A stretch of 64,000 nucleotides of DNA from Octopus sinensis (GCF_006345805.1 NC_043007.1:42594001-42658000); one strand, 5' to 3'; numbered from the stretch's first letter, positions 40,190-54,196 are shown. Translations and numbers: made by a program. The notes: generated by a model from the sequence alone, not told the origin.

Positions 40190-40830
40190 GGAATAAGGCC
40201 ACAGAAACGGTGCTGCAGTCATTTGTGGGACTTTTGATCTAACAGTTAATGAAAAAAGATCATCACTGACTCATTCCATAAAGAAAGGAAAACTCGCTGT
40301 TTTCAGAGTCCTGTAATGAAACAGCCAGTTTGATGATATGGGGTAGATCCATAAAAAGTGAACATTAGCAAAATTTGCCACCATACACTTGTGGTTTCAA
40401 TGGTAAGGCTGCAACAGTGAAGTACTAAGAAACAAGCCAGCCTCTCCTTAACAACAGGCAGCATAAGTGGTTTATAGATGACGTAGGTCAAGGAGAAGCA
40501 GATTGGAAGTCCAAAGTATTGTTTTCTGATGAGAACAAGTTTTATATCCAGTTCAGAAACCAAGGTCAAATAATTTTGAAGATGGCTGGAGCAGCACAGA
40601 ACATAGCTGCTTGAGGTCTAGCATCAAATCCCTGCACTCAGTGATGGTTAAGAGTACTGTATCATATGAAGTATTGAAACAGTATCTCTTAAGAGTCACT
40701 GGCAATGCAATGATCTACCAAGAGGTCATGGAGCACTTCATACCTCCATCAGCTGTTAAGCTGCTTGATGTCTTGGAATTTCTGTTCCAGCAGGATTTGG
40801 TACCTGCACACAATAGAGCATTCTGGAAAT
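40190..40830 (+). mobile_element. Decayed Tc1-family transposase remnant
   Basis: Frameshifted peptides QPLLNNRQHKW...WKSKVLFSDENKF...RNQG and HSVMV...NAMIYQEVMEHFIPPS...FLFQQDLVPAH, matching the Tc1 FSDESKF and FQQDxAPxH motifs. Confidence 0.8.
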
Positions 40831-41144
40831 ATTTTCACTGCATCAATAACAACAGAATTTTCTTGGTTGCATTTAAGCACACTTTTCTCTCTCCCAACCC
40901 CCATCCATCCCTGGTATGTTCCTGTCATTTTATATTTAATCCCTCATGGCTAACTGGTATTATAACAAGACTTTATGAGAATTTCTTTCGATGTCAAGTA
41001 GTTTAAGAAACATCTAGATGCCCCAAAAGGTTGTCTTAAGGTAAATATATGTATATTTTCTTAATATATACGTATGTGTACACATGTATTGTATCTATGT
41101 ATCTATTTGTATGTATTTGAAGAATTGAATGAGTACACACCCAC

Positions 41145-41214
<70 letters not shown>

Positions 41215-41223
<9 letters not shown>

Positions 41224-42560
41224 TAGATTGTATGATGCTTGTTCATGAACGGCTATACTCCATGGTAGTGAGACATGGGCTCTGAATGTGGAGGACATGC
41301 GTAGACTGGTGTGGAATGCTCTGCTGGATGTGCAACATCAGTGTGAATGAATGGCAAAGCATAACAGCATTGAGAGAAAAGTTGGGCATAAGAGGAATTA
41401 AATGTGGCGTTCAGGAGAGAAGACTATGTTGGTTTGGACATGTGATGCATATGAAAGAAGACAGCTGTATAAGGTAGTGCCGATCATTGAAGGTGGTTGG
41501 TAGCAGTGGGAGAGGGAGGCCCAGGAAGACATGGGATGAAATAGTGAGAACCAATCTTAGGTTGCTAGGGCTCATGGAGGAAATGACAATGGACCGAGAT
41601 ATCTGACACTATGAGATTCTAGAGAAGACCCACTCATGTCAGCATAACTGAGTGATAAAAGCGTTGTGTTCCGCCTGCACACAGCAATAAAATTTTCACA
41701 TACCCTATCTCTAGAATCCAAACTACATCTCTCCCAAACTGTATCTTTTCTCTTCCTCGCATTTCCTCTTCATATGCTATGATTTTCTCCCACTCCCCAT
41801 CCTTACCCGCACTGCTCTGTTCACTGTATTGCTGCTTTCCCATCCCCCTCTTTATACCCAGGTTCTCACCAATTACTGAAATCCCCACCCCCAAATCGCA
41901 CCTTCTTGGTAATACCTGGTCACATATATTATATCCCTGTACCCCTGTACCTTGAGAGCAAGCCCTGACAATTGCCACCATTTATCTCTCTCTTCCTAAA
42001 TCTACCATTCCATCTATGCTCTGAACCCCATTCCTTGTGAGTAAACCCTGGCACTTCACCATTATCTCTCTCCTGCTCTCTCTTGCACTCTTGTTGTCTC
42101 CCATTCTCTCTCTCTCTCTCTTTCCCTTGCTCTTCTCTCTTGCTGGGTAACCATGTATCTCCTTTAGAGCAACACACCCATTTCTTGTTACCACTCTTTC
42201 CCTCTCGTTCTCTCTCTTTCTTTCCCACTGTCTTCCTCTCTCTCTCCCTCTCTATCTCTCTTGGTTGGGTAACCATGTACCTCCTCCATAGCAAGACATC
42301 TATTTCTGCCTCTCTGTCTCTCCGTTATACTCTAATCTTCCATCATCTGACTCAAGATCCCCTCCTCTAAGGCCCCCTCCCCTCTCAAAACTCCTTGTCT
42401 TGCAAGTTACTAGGTGATCCTGCCAGTGCTGGTGCCACATAAAAAGCACTCAGTCCACTCTACAGGGTGGTCAATGTTAGGCAGAACATCCAACTGTAAA
42501 AGCCAGGCCAAAACAGACACAGTTGCCTGGTGTAGTCTTCTACTTGGCCAGTTCTAGTGC
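41215..42560 (+). mobile_element. 5'-truncated RTE-clade LINE: ORF2 C-terminus (~41215-41630) plus long CT-rich 3'UTR
   Basis: HGSETWALNVEDMRRL...LREKLGIRGIKCGVQERRLCWFGHVMHM...GRGRPRKTWDEIVR. The 3' region 42420-42500 carries the GGTGCCACATAAAAAGCAC...GTTAGGCAGAACATCC motif shared with family C. Confidence 0.8.
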
Positions 42561-42664
42561 ATGCAATCCTAAATTAAGTACCAATAAAATCTAGGGTTGA
42601 GGAGGGTGAGTTATGGGTGAGAAATTTGTTGAACTTTGTTTAATAAGTTAAATCCTATATTTAA

Positions 42665-42830
42665 TATACCTATATTATTGCCAGTGCCGCCTCGACTGGC
42701 CTCCGTGCTGGTGGCACATAAAAAGCACCATCCGACCATGGCCGTTTGCCAGCCCCATCTGGCACCTGTGCAGGTGGCACATAAAAAGGACCCACTACAC
42801 TCACGGAGTGGTTGGCTTAAGGAAGGGCAT
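42665..42830 (+). mobile_element. Family C fragment
   Basis: GGTGGCACATAAAAAGCACCATCCGACC...GGAGTGGTTGGCTTAAGGAAGGGCAT. Confidence 0.7.
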
Positions 42831-44649
42831 GTACCTTTGCATGTCGTTTAAGTCCTCCTACCGAATACACTCTCTTCCACATGCCCGACAGATATGATTA
42901 GTATGGTGCGTTACACCACCACCAGTGGCCAGGTTGTCACTCATCTGTCTCGTTTTATGACTACGAAGATGACTCATACACACATTATTTAACAGGCTTC
43001 TTTCAGTTTCTGTCTACCAAATCCACTCACAAAGCTTTGATCAGCTTTGTTGAAGATACTTGCCCAAGGTGCCACGTAGTGGGAAGCAAACTCCTTATTA
43101 ACAGCCATGGCTGCACCTGTCTTCTTTAAAAACGGAAAAAGATTTGTGTTTGTTTCTAGGGGAAGGTATGAACAAATTTTTTAAAACCTTACATGAAGTT
43201 TCTCAAGTTTATGGATCCTATTCTTTTAAACATATCATTGAAACTGCACAATAATTCTTCCAAAATGTATATGCCTTAAATGTTGAACACCAGTTTTCAG
43301 AAATTCAATAAAATTTACATGTTTATCTTTGTCTCCTTGGCTTGAATGAATATCAGCCATTGGTCCTGCCTAACACTGACCAACACATGGCAAAGAGAGA
43401 GTGTGTGTGTGCGTGTGTGTGTGTGTGTGTGGTGTGTGTGTGTGTGTGTATGTGTGTGTGTGTGTGCGTGCGTGTGTGTACACACACAAAGCTATCAGAC
43501 TGAGGCATGCTTTACTTATGTTTGAATCATGGATTGGCTATCTCAATAAGTAGAGATGACTAATCCTGCAAAACAAGAAATATTAACATACATATACAGA
43601 AACACAGACATACATACACACATATAAATGCATACATGTGTGTATACTATACATATACACATTTGGTGCAGGCAGAAAACTGCAGAACGATGAAGGAGAA
43701 TATATAAAACATAAAATAAAACAAAAAAAACAACCACCTCTAGGAACATTTTCACACTTCTCATTTTAGTTGATAATGTTTAATAAGATACAGCCAATAG
43801 ATAACAGCTTTGCCGTCACCCCCCCTCACACACTGCTGTTACTAGCATAAAATAACTGGGAGGCAATAAATATATAATAATCAATACACATATAGATTAT
43901 AGTGAAAAGCACTCCCTTTATCAAGTGCCAACTGGAACTTATTGTCAGCTCCTTCCATCAATAGCACTCCCTAAAGCCAGTAGTGCTAAAACAACAGTAT
44001 TTATAATATCAACACATCTACTAAAATTAAATGAGAGAGGTCATCATTAATGAGACTATCATTCATCAGACTATTAACATTTGGGATAATATTAATTAGA
44101 TATTGTAAACAACAATTTGATTTGGAAAAAAGGAATGTGGATTCCACTGACTAGCATTTGTCAAGTAACTGTGAGCAGTTACACTTATAAAGCGCCATCC
44201 TTTTCATCTCAGATCTCAAACTATGTACTGTAAAGTGGACCTATTTGAACTGGTGTCTATAATCACCATCATCATAATCATCATTATCAACAACAACATT
44301 TTAATATCCACTTTTCTACACCTGCATGGGTCAGAGGAAATTTGCTAAGGCAGATTTTCTAGGGCCAGATGCCTTTCTTATCACTAACCTTCGCATTTTC
44401 AAAGCAAAGTAATATTACCCTGTGATTAAAAATGTTTTTCATAGAAGATTGGAAACAAATAACACCTCTTGTATGATGGTGACACTTGTTTACAAATACT
44501 ATCATGCAATGTCAAAACAAGGGGACGGACACACACACACAAATACAGTACTACAGCTTCAGACTCCCTAACTCTAATTAGTTCTAATTAAATTTTAAAA
44601 TTTTGCTTTATTTTATTATTTGCTGTCTTAAAGCTGAGAGTAAAAAATT

Positions 44650-45300
44650 TTCATAGGTGCATGTTTGTGTTTCATTCAAAGAACACAACCACTCCATTTA
44701 AAGCTTGTTCTTGATGAGGAAAGCTTTAATGCTAGTTGTTTTACTTCATCCGGCAACCTAATGTTTGTTCTTCTGTCTTCTCAGCCAATTTTTGCTTCAA
44801 AGACAGCCTCTGGATACTTTCAAATGTTAATATGTTATCCTGGTTTCCAATGTGTACTTAAGTTTCAGAATCACCACTACTCTGACACTGAAGGAGAGGT
44901 GACTGCCACAATACAGAAAATGACTAATGTTTTCTAGGTCAAATCAAACTGATGGCTGTATCTGATTTATCAAAATTGGTAACAGTAGAGGATTTGAATC
45001 TTCTTGAAGTAGATGGTTAATCCATGCTTCATGTATCGTATACAGACTGAAAATAGTAAGGATTTTTTGCAAATAGTTTGTCATCTGTTTTTTTGGAACT
45101 TAACGAGGAAATGTATAGATATCTTGTTAAGCAAAGTTGCATAGGAGGTAGGTTGATGACAATGATGAAGAATATTGGGTGGTTACATATCCCAGCTTTA
45201 GTCCTGATCAGACTTGAAATAGTTCACAGTTGCTGGTGTCGACCACAACTACAACAAACACATCATCTTAAAATATATGGAATTGCCAGATTTTAAATCA
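44650..45300 (-). mobile_element. Highly decayed RTE reverse-transcriptase fragment
   Basis: Minus-strand pieces GLKLGYV (~GVKQGCV), DDKLFA, GLTIYFKKIQIL (~GLTISIKKT) and DLENISHFLYCGSHLS (~LExVxxFxYLGSxLS) occur in the RTE order. Confidence 0.6.
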
Positions 45301-45721
45301 AACTGGAATCCAATCTAAAAATATATCAGTTATTCAAGTGTGTATATGTGTGTATGTATGTCTATAAATATTTACAACTACATATATGTTTTTATGGATG
45401 TATAATCATTATGTATAATAAAGGTACTTATATATCTTATCACGGTGATATATATATATAATCATTTAACATCTGTTCTCCATACTCGCATATATATATA
45501 TATTCCCAAATATTACAATACACTTATACATACTTCTTTGAATATATGTGTGAGAGAGAGACGAGGAGAGAGGAAAGAGATAAAACAGAATTACTCATTG
45601 TTTAGCTCCAGTTCATCTTTGATTAAGCAGATCTATGGTCAAAGACATTCTAGCCATGACCATTCAATCTTATTTTCAAGCATACATCCTAGATATATTT
45701 AGGACAGTATATATAATGTGT

Positions 45722-46025
45722 GGAGGCACAATGGCCCAGTGGTTAGGGAAGCGGACTCGCGGTCGTAGGATCGCGGTTTCAATTCCCAGACCAGGTGTTG
45801 TGAGTGTTTATTGAGCGAAAACACCTAAAAAGCTCCACAAGGCTCCAGCAGAGGGTGGTGGCGATCCCTGCTGTACTCTTTCGCCACAACTTTCTCTCAC
45901 TCTTTCTTCTGTTGGCCTGCTCGCTTAGCCAGCGGGGTGGCATCATTTGAAGGCTAAAACAATGTGAAGCGCATTGTGACCAGCGATGTGTAACAACATC
46001 TGATAGCCTGGTCGGTCACGTGATA
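45722..46025 (+). mobile_element. tRNA-derived SINE, family G
   Basis: A-box TGGCCCAGTGG and B-box GGTTTCAATTCC, followed by ~230 bp of non-tRNA body. Confidence 0.75.
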
Positions 46026-46190
46026 TACAATGTGTCCTTATATTTTCAAGATGTTATGGTGCAATTTAAAAAATCTGACAACTATTTCTAGCAAATTCAA
46101 CAATCACATAGAGGCTTTGCCTTTGGAATTAGAAGAATTAGTTTGTACATGTCATATGTATATGTATGCATATATACATATACATGTGTG

Positions 46191-46221
<31 letters not shown>

Positions 46222-46764
46222 TAAGTGAATCTACATATACATGTGTTTGTATGTTTGTCTCTGCATGCCTTCACATTAACACAGCTCAGGCAGCAGTGAC
46301 ATTTGTTCATGATCCCCAAAAACAAAATGTCCTGCTTGGTGATTCAACACACATACCATTGGAGTACAGTTCCTCACTTGAAGGTAAGTAAGGGTTGGTA
46401 TCAGGAAGCACATTCAGAATACTACCTCAAGAAGTTATGTCCAGCCCAGGCTGTAGAAGCAATAATGATGATGATGATACACTGACTTGCGTGTGCATGT
46501 GTGTGTATCGGCATGCATGAATCATTTTAGCATGTATGTAGTACATGTCTAAGCTGAAAGCGTGTAGAGGAATATGTTTCTTTGAATGCATGTATGAAAA
46601 GAGAGAAAGTAAAAGAAAACATGTAAATGCTTGCTTGCACGTGCATATACAGCATAATGGTAAGTGTACACAGATATGGCATACTGATAATATGTATATG
46701 TGTGTGTGTATAAATATACTTCTCTGCGTGAGTACAAAAGAGAATATGTGTGCTTGAATATGCA

Positions 46765-47003
46765 TATCTCTTTACTTTCTTTTCTCTTTCACTTGTTTCA
46801 GTCATTTGAATGTGGCCATGCTGGAGCACCGCCTTTAGTTGAGCAAATTGACCCCAGAACTTATTCTTTGTAAGCCTAATACTTATTATATCAGTCTCTT
46901 TTGCCGAACCGCTAAGTTATGGGGATGTAAACACACCAGCATCAGTTGTCAAGCAATGTTGGGGGGGACAAACACAGACACACAAACATATACACACACA
47001 TAC

Positions 47004-47045
<42 letters not shown>

Positions 47046-47655
47046 TATATATATTATATATATACTAGCAGTATCACCCGGCGTTGCTCGGGTTTGTAAA
47101 GGAACTAACTATATAAGCATTTTTAGAGATGTAAAGTATAATAGCCATCTCAATATGGCTAACCACAAAGGGGGGGGGTGTTACAGTAGCTTTTTACGTT
47201 CTGAGATTTAATAATAAATTTTTAGAGAGTTACTTCCCTTATATATGCCAAAAATGCATTAAAAATGGGAAAAACTGATGGTAAATCTTTTTTTAAATCG
47301 TAGACTCATCGTAGACGCGCGCTAATACCCAGAAGGACTCGATATGAATCACAACTATAAGATACCCGGTTTTGGTTAAACTGCACCGCAAAATGTGGGA
47401 GTAGTTAGGAATCTAAATTGTAGGAGACAGACAGCACACAACCTCACTTTTATATATAAAGATATATATATATATATATATACACATATATATGATGAGC
47501 TTCTTTCAGTTTCCATCTACCAAATCCACTCACAAGGCTTTGGTCGGTCCAAGGCTATAGTAGAAGACACTTACCCAAGGTGCCAAGCAGTGGGACTGAA
47601 CCCAGAACCATGTGGTTGGTAAGCAAACTACTTACCACACAGCCACTCCTGCGCC
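46765..47655 (-). mobile_element. Family B SINE split by a Helitron in its TA spacer
   Basis: 3' half at 46765-47010 and 5' half at 47480-47655 are collinear with intact copies. Confidence 0.85.
47065..47462 (-). mobile_element. Non-autonomous Helitron (398 bp)
   Basis: Minus strand A|TC at 47463/47462, subterminal hairpin CCCGAGCAACGCCGGG, terminal CTAG|T at 47068-47064. Confidence 0.8.
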
Positions 47656-48959
47656 TTTGTACATTTTTGTATAAAAATAAAATAAAACTTTTATTACATC
47701 TGGAAAGTAATTGGAAAAGTTGTTAACCTTGGGTCAATTGATTCTGTGAAATATAGAAAACTGGATATTAGATGACAGACTGAACTGTTGAAGACAAGTG
47801 ATGACACTTGATAGTAGTGGTGACACTGGTAATGATGATGACATCAGTAGTGGTGGTGGTGCTGCTGCTGCTGTTGTTACTACTGATATGATTTTATGTT
47901 GTTAATTAGCTCCAGGTGAACAATGATCAAGGAATTTTTATAATCAAAGACATTCCAGCAATAACCATCCCATTTGTAATCAGTGTGTCTAATAATACAT
48001 TGTCTAATGTGTCATACATTTTTCCCCTTTTAGAAGTCAGGTGTAACCTGAGGGAAAAGTAGGAGCTATTTCTACCAGACGAAGTAATTTTTCTGAGGCT
48101 CCCCCACGAGAATGTTGAAAATATTCACTAGTAAGTGTTAAGGATTTACACTGAGTGTAACAGTAATAGTGATGATGGTGATGGTGTTGGTAATAATATC
48201 ATTGCTGTTTGTCATTATAGCAGTCAGTGTTAGTAGTAATAATGACTTCTTTACGTTACATTAGGTTGTGTGCTTAATTCTAGTTTCAGGACATTAAGCA
48301 AATGCAAGTTAAATCTCCATTTGGATAGGTTCCCAGTCTATTGCAAGTAATACTTTCAAAATGATGACCAATAGAATTGAGGTATGTAAGTGTAAGATTG
48401 AATATCCTGTCTAAATTCACGTGATAGCACAGCTGAATGAATCAGCAGGATAGCCAATAAACAATCAAGTGCTCCAAAAGAATTATATCCTGTCCAAGCT
48501 GTAGCCATGATCAAGAGACGTAATTCTACAATAGCTCAGTCCATCTAACTGTAAATAAGGTACCATGGAATAAGAAGCATTTCACCACAGTAAACTGTAG
48601 CAGTTAGGTAATATTTATAGAGATAACATCTAAAGTAATGAATTCCTGGCAAGCCAACTTGCGAGCTGTGACCACCTGATCTTTTAATTGAACACTGTAG
48701 CCAAGACTACATCATCCAATGCATCAGGTATTTTTTAGAAAAGAAAGTCAGTTGAGATTTGAGGGAGATCTGGCAGCTATAATGTTGCTGCTGATATTAT
48801 TGAGGATATTACTAGTAATGGTATTGTTGGTGAATGGCAATATTGGTAACATCATTTGCTATGATTGTTGTGTTAATAGTAATAATATTTTGAAAATATT
48901 AGATAACAATGATATGAGCAGTGTTGTAGTTGATATTGATGATGGTGGTTATATCAGAA

Positions 48960-50302
48960 GTGATCATGGAGCAAGCTGTACTCAGACCAACTAGGGCAAA
49001 TAACATTCTGGATCTCTGCTTCACAAACAATATGGACGTCATTCATGATGTGAAAGTGATGCCGACATTAGTCTCGGATCACAACATAATAGAGCTGTCT
49101 ATGTTTGGGCTGAAAGTAACCAGAGACATACAGCCTAAAGGAAGCACCTGAAATCTCTCCAATCTGAACTTCCACAAAGCAGACTGGAAATCGATCCAAA
49201 AAGAGATCCTCACAGAGGACTGGCCGAAATGTCTGCTGTGCAAGCCATATGCCAGAAATATGTGCCCGAGCACAAGGCCAAAACAAATAGGAACAAGATT
49301 CCAAAGGAGAGAAAGATCCTCATAAGACGATGGACAAAGGTTGCAAATCGACTCAACAAACATCCCAAAAGTAACGAAAGGTCCCGCCTAAAAACAACAC
49401 TGATGGAGATCGAAAAAAGGCTGCAAGAATCCTGTGTGAGGGAAAAAGCACATAAAGAAGCCTAGGTTATAAAAAACATTAAGTCAAGCCCAAAGGCCTT
49501 CTTTGATTACGAGAAAGAAACAGCCTCAGTGCACTGCAAGATAGGACCCCTCCTCCAAAAGGATTGCTCCCACACAGACAGTCCAACTGAGATCAGTGAG
49601 ATACTGAATGACCAGTTCAAAAGTGTTTTTACCACCCCATTGGAACACAGACAAGTGAACGAACCAGTGGACATCTTTGCCGCCTCACCTATAACCAGCG
49701 AGGCAGCTACAATGGAATACATTGACAGTAGCGAAGAAGATATACTACTAGCCATAGATGAAGTGGACACAAACTCAACTGCTGGTCCTGATGGTTTCTA
49801 AGCAATCCTCCTCAAATATACAAATGTAAGCATGCCCTGGCAAAACCCCTCCATATTCTCTTCCAGAGTTTTCTTGCAAATGGCAAACAGGCAAGCAAAC
49901 TGAAGGAGGGAATAATAGGCCCAATCCAAAAAGGGGGAAGCAGAGCAGATACCAAAAACTATAGGCCTATCTCTCTGACTTCACACATCAGCAAAGTCAT
50001 GGAACGGATAGTCAGAGGGAAATTAATCGCATTCCTTGAAGAAAATAACTTGCTGAGTGATACCCAGCATGGCTTTCGACCACGTAGGAGCTGCCTGACC
50101 CAGCTCTTATAACATTATGACTGGGTGGTGAGGCAGTTACTCAGCAACTCAAATGTGGACGTAATATACCTTGATTTTGCAAAAGCTTTTGACAGGGTGG
50201 ATCATGGTATAATATGCCACAAACTGTGTGATCTTGGCATAGCTGGAAAACTTGTTGGAAAACTTGGAGAGTGGTTACATGACTTTCTGAAAGATAGGAG
50301 TC
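48960..50302 (+). mobile_element. Decayed CR1-type LINE ORF2 (APE C-terminus, linker, RT N-half)
   Basis: PTRANNILDLCFTN...SDHNIIEL (APE); GPDGF; KNYRPISLTSHISKVMERI...QHGFR..RSCLTQLL; VDVIYLDFAKAFDRVDH (RT). Internal stops and frameshifts. Confidence 0.9.
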
Positions 50303-50339
50303 AAGCTGGGATTGAAATTCCCTGTGGACCAGGTATATT

Positions 50340-51110
50340 TGCCATCTCAATATGGCTAACCACTAAGGGTGGGTGTTACTGTAGCTTGTAGCCCCAGGAG
50401 AACATCTCCTCCAGCTGGCTATAGGCACACTTTCTGTGCCCTATCAGTATTTGCAAAGGGAGGTCATCCTTCCCTCATCAACCTAAGTGATATGCACAGA
50501 CTGCAGTTTCTGGGTATTGACCCATCATCAGCGTATGACAATCACCGGTTTTCAATGAAAGGAGTTCCCAATGCAAATATTTATATCCTTTTTCCAGTAA
50601 CTTTCCATTACTGATCTTGAAAAAGTGTACACAAGCAATAATAAATCTCTGAACAACTGCAAACATTGCAGACCAAGCTTTACCCATTCACTATACGAGT
50701 TGTGCGCTTTCGCGCAGCTCGCTTAAGTCCTTCATGCTGATACGTGCTCTCTCAAAAATGTCGATCCCCTCCTTAACCTGCTTCCTCCATCTGTGGCAAT
50801 GACAGGCATTGTTCTCCCAGTCAGTATCCTGCATATCACAGGCCTTTAATGAGGACTTGACACTGTCCTTAAATCGCAGCCTTGGTTTCTGCAGGAGTCT
50901 CCTTCCATTCACAAGTTCTCCATAGAGCATCTGCATAGGAATCCTTCTATCCTTCATTCTAATAAGGTGTCCAGTCCAACGCAACCGGTGCTTGTGCGCC
51001 ATCGCCTCAATACTCAAGATATCAGCTGTCCTCAGGACCTGTGTGTCTGGAATTTTTAGGTCCAGCCAACATTGAGACTGTGTCTGAGACATCTCTGATA
51101 AAAGCTTCAA
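50340..51110 (-). mobile_element. 5'-truncated RTE LINE (ORF2 C-terminus 50691-51110 plus 3'UTR)
   Basis: [48 protein letters not shown]...KPRLRFKDSVKSSLKACDM...WE. The ORF-track extension past 51110 is TA repeat. Confidence 0.9.
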
Positions 51111-51855
51111 TATATATAAATACATATACATACATACATATATATATATACATACATATATACATACATACATACATATATATACATATATATATACATA
51201 CATACATATATATACATATATATATACATACATACATACATATATATACATATATATATACATACGTACATATATATACATATATATATACATACGTACA
51301 TATATATACATATATATATACATACATACATATATATACATATATATTACATACTATACATACATATATATACATATATATATACATACATACATATATT
51401 TACTATACATATATACATACATACACCTATATATACATATATATATACATCATACATATATATACATATATATATATACATACACATCTAACATATATAC
51501 ATATATATATACATACATACATATATATACATTATATATTACATCCATACTAATATACATATCTATATATATATACATACATACATACATACTATATATA
51601 CATATATATATATACATACATATATATATACATATATATATATATCATTATATATATACATATATATATATATACATATATATATATACATACATATATA
51701 TATACTACATATATATACATACATATATATATATATACATTATATATATACATACATATATATATATACATACATATATATATATATACATATATATATA
51801 TACATATATATACATACATATTATATACATATATATACATTACATATATACATAC

Positions 51856-51892
<37 letters not shown>

Positions 51893-52471
51893 CATATTAT
51901 ATACATACTATATATACATACATATATAAAGAACATACATAGTATATATATGCATATATATATACATATATATATACATATATATATATATACATATATA
52001 TATATACATATATATATATACTACATATATATATATATACATATATATATTACATACATATATATATATATACATACATATATATATACATACTATATAT
52101 ATATATACATACATATATATATATACACATACATATATATATATACATACATATATATATAATATACATACATATATATATAATACATATATATATATAT
52201 ACATACATATATATATACACCATATATACACCATATATTATATACATACATATATATATATACACACATATATATTATATATACACACATATAATATATA
52301 TACATACATACATATATATATCATACATATATATATATACATACATATATATATCATCATATATATATATATAATACATACATATATATATATACATACA
52401 CATATATATACATACATATATATATATACATACATATATATAATATACAACATATATATATATACATACAC

Positions 52472-52509
<38 letters not shown>

Positions 52510-53075
52510 ACAGACATATTATATATATATACAGACATATATATATATACAGACATATATATATATACAGACTATTATATATATATAACTACATATATAT
52601 ATATATATACATACATATATATATATATATACTACATATATATATATATATACATACATATATATATATATATACAATACATATATATATATATACATAC
52701 AGATATATATATACATACATATATATATATATACATACATATATATATATATCATACATATATATACATATCATACATATAATATATACATACATATATA
52801 TACATACATACATATATATACATATATATTATAATATGACATATATACATACATATATATACATATACATATATATACATACACGTATATATACATACAT
52901 ATATATACATACATACATACATATATATACATATATATACATACACGTATATATACATACATATATATACATACATACATACATATATATACATATATAT
53001 ACATACACGTATATATACATACATATATATACATACATACATATATATACATACACATATATATACATATACATA

Positions 53076-53112
<37 letters not shown>

Positions 53113-53370
53113 GTATACATACATACATACATATATATACATACATAAATATATGCAACATATATATACATAATTATACGTACATATACGTACATAAATA
53201 TATGCATACATACATATATATACATACATAAATATATGCATACATACATAAATATATGCATACATACATATATATACATACATAAATATATGCATACATA
53301 CATATATATATACATACATACATATATGTATACATTTAATCATCATATTATACATATTATATATACATAT
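51111..53370. repeat. ~2.3-kb degenerate (TA)n/(TACA)n array
   Basis: Almost exclusively T/A/C dinucleotide-derived sequence. Confidence 0.95.
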
Positions 53371-53830
53371 AATCATCATCATCATCGTTTAACGTCCGCT
53401 TTCCATGCTAGCATGGGTTGGACGGTTCAACTGGGGTCTCGCAAGCTCGAAGGCTGCACCAGGCCAGTCAGATCTGGCAGTCTTTCTACAGCTGGATGCC
53501 CTTCCTAACGCCACCCACTCCGAGAGTGTAGTGGGTGATTTTATGTGCCACCGACACAGGTGCCAGGCGAGGCTGGCAGACAGCCACGCTCGGATGGTGT
53601 TTTTATGTGCCACCGACACAGGTGCCAGACGAGGCCGGCAGACGGCCACGCTCGGATGGTGTTTTTATGTGCCACGGACACAGGTGCCAGACGAGGCTGG
53701 CTAACGGCCACGCTCGGATGGAGTTTGTTACGTGCCCTCAGCACGGAGGCCAGTTGATGCGGTATTAGCTACGGTCACGCTCGGATGGTTTTCTTATATG
53801 CCACCGGCAATGGTACCACAAGGATACAAA
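53371..53830 (-). mobile_element. Family C variant with expanded 62-bp internal tandem array
   Basis: TTATGTGCCAC-like starts at 53541, 53603, 53665, 53728 and 53794. Confidence 0.85.
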
Positions 53831-53873
53831 TTCCATTGAAGTTCATCTATTTTGATTTGGTTTGATTTGATTT

Positions 53874-53973
53874 NNNNNNNNNNNNNNNNNNNNNNNNNNN
53901 NNNNNNNNNNNNNNNNNNNNNNNNNNNNNNNNNNNNNNNNNNNNNNNNNNNNNNNNNNNNNNNNNNNNNNNNN
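53874..53973. other. Assembly gap (100 N)
   Basis: Run of exactly 100 N. Confidence 1.
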
Positions 53974-54196
53974 TATATACATACATGTATATACACACAC
54001 ATACATACACAATCATACATATATACACACACATACATACATATACAGCATGCATACGTATACACACATACATACGTATACAGGCATACATACGTATACA
54101 CACTATATATATATTTATATATATATTTTTTTTTTGATTTTGATTTCCAGTTTTCAGCTAATGAGCTGTGGCCATGCTGGGGCACCGCCATATATA

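Noticed and set aside
44665-45296. Two plus-strand ORFs of 90 and 72 aa
   Set aside because: Antisense to a decayed RTE reverse transcriptase.
53535-53815. CRISPR-like regular repeats
   Set aside because: Whole units are homologous with no unique spacers; they sit inside a eukaryotic retroelement and there are no cas genes.
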